From Octopus vulgaris (Eukaryota): a DNA stretch of 64,000 nt. Where the stretch lies: the NCBI GenBank assembly GCA_951406725.2, contig OX597827.1, positions 14,818,001 through 14,882,000 on the forward strand. Direction: 5' to 3'. A program made the translations under genes and the position numbers. The notes beneath the pieces were generated by a model. The model made no database searches. It worked only from the letters and a program-made list of their open reading frames with translations, and had not been told where the DNA came from. Every line of letters starts with the position of its first letter. Positions within the stretch are counted from its first letter, which is position 1. Below are positions 62,522 through 64,000 of the stretch, piece by piece.

Positions 62522-62680
62522 ATTTTTTTTCTCTCCTTGTTTTTTCTGTGTTCCTTTCTGTAGAAGAGCGTAGGCTCGAAATGTAAAAGACTTTTTCTAT
62601 TCCTGAGTGTTATACTAATACATCTGTTTGTTTTGTACACCACCTGTCTTCATCTTTTGTTTTTTTCATAAACTCTCCTT
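62522..62680 (+). mobile_element. Family D element (core 62554-62589)
   Basis: cttt-CTGTAGA-a-gagcgtaggctc-GAAA-tg-TA-aaag, between (TA)n runs. Confidence 0.72.
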
Positions 62681-62692
62681 ATATATATATAT

Positions 62693-63263
62693 ATATTGAC
62701 ATGTATGAATATTTTTAATAATATTTTTAAAAATATAAATACATATATAATTATACATAAAAATAGATGTAAATAAAACCCATGTGGGATATCTATGGAA
62801 AGAAGTGCGAAAAAAAAAAAGAGAACTGATAAAAATTATTTTTTCAAAAACATTTTTTTTTTAACCAAAAATTGTCAAGAATGTGATTTTATGACGACAC
62901 CTTTCCTGATAAAAGGGACATTGTCCGCATGGTTTGTAAGAAATCCATCAATTTTTCTACAAGGATATAAACATTGGAAATGGCTGTAGAAAGTGAACTT
63001 GCTCGAATTGCATTACATACCTTATACATCATTTATATATTTTTTTTAAAAAAATTGAATTCTATGGATCTTTTAATTGAAACTCTAAACCACTCTTAAT
63101 TTTTTAGTACATAAAAAATTTTTATCAGTTCTCTTGTTTTCTCACACATCTTTCTATATATATCCCACATGAGTTTTATTTACATGTATTTTTATGTGTA
63201 TATATATATATATATATCTAGATTTTTAAAAATACTTTTTAAAATATTCATATATGTCGATAT
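62693..63263. mobile_element. About 570-bp element with ~145-bp imperfect inverted termini in (TA)n
   Basis: atgtaaataaaacccatgtgggatat...aagagaactgataaaaatt pairs with aatttttatcagttctctt...atatcccacatgagttttatttacat. Confidence 0.72.
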
Positions 63264-63411
63264 GTATTAATATATATATATATATATATATACGCATTTT
63301 AAGTCGAATTTATAATTGTGTGTGTGTGTGCATATATATATATAGAGAGAGAGAGTGTATCTCTGCGTGTGCGTGTCTCTCTCTCCCTTTCTCTATCTAT
63401 CTATCTATCTA

Positions 63412-63444
<33 letters not shown>

Positions 63445-63844
63445 CTTTTACTTGCTTCAGTCATTTGACTGTGGCCATGCTGGAGCACCACCTTTAGTCG
63501 AACAAATAGTACTTATTCTATCGGTCCCTTTTGCCACGCCGCTAAGTCACAGGAATGTAAACACAACCAACATCAGTAGTCAAGCAATGGCAGGGGGACA
63601 AACACAGTCACACAAAAACATACATACATGTGACAAGACTGGCTCTTTGAAATTACAAGCACTACTTATGCTTGCCAGCTGAGTGGAATGCAGCAACATG
63701 AAATAAAGCTTCTTGCCCAAGGGCACAATATACAGCTAGGGATTGAACTCATGACCGTATGGTCATGAGCCAAATACCCTAACCATTACACCACACACCT
63801 TCACATATACACACATACATACATACAGACATACAGACAGACAT

Positions 63845-63929
<85 letters not shown>

Positions 63930-64000
63930 CAGATAGGGCATCAGAACATAGAAAGATCTGTCTCAACAAATTCCATCTGACCAATGCAAGCATAGAAAAG

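Overview
AT-rich, microsatellite- and retroposon-dense eukaryotic DNA. The SINE/RTE repertoire and a divergent 18S fragment suggest an octopus or other coleoid cephalopod (inference). Almost all ORFs in the supplied track are low-complexity artefacts. The window appears to lie inside one large minus-strand gene, seen as four paralogous, symmetric phase-0 exons (60638-60793, 53267-53422, 6410-6541, 4430-4537). Each encodes S-[SN]-Q-F-Y-F-V-L-E-P-Q-N-E-W-[KI]-A-S-T-T and they diverge mainly at synonymous sites; I cannot name the gene. The introns hold many tRNA-derived SINEs, RTE and CR1-group LINE fragments, a Penelope-like GIY-YIG fragment, a hAT MITE and an 18S rRNA copy starting at the mature 5' end. 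They also hold several families of short, mostly (TA)n-embedded, often fold-back elements with minimal hammerhead-ribozyme-like cores, one with a tRNA-like head and an 11-bp TSD. A perfect 42-bp inverted repeat brackets the most upstream exon. Repeat boundaries are approximate unless stated.
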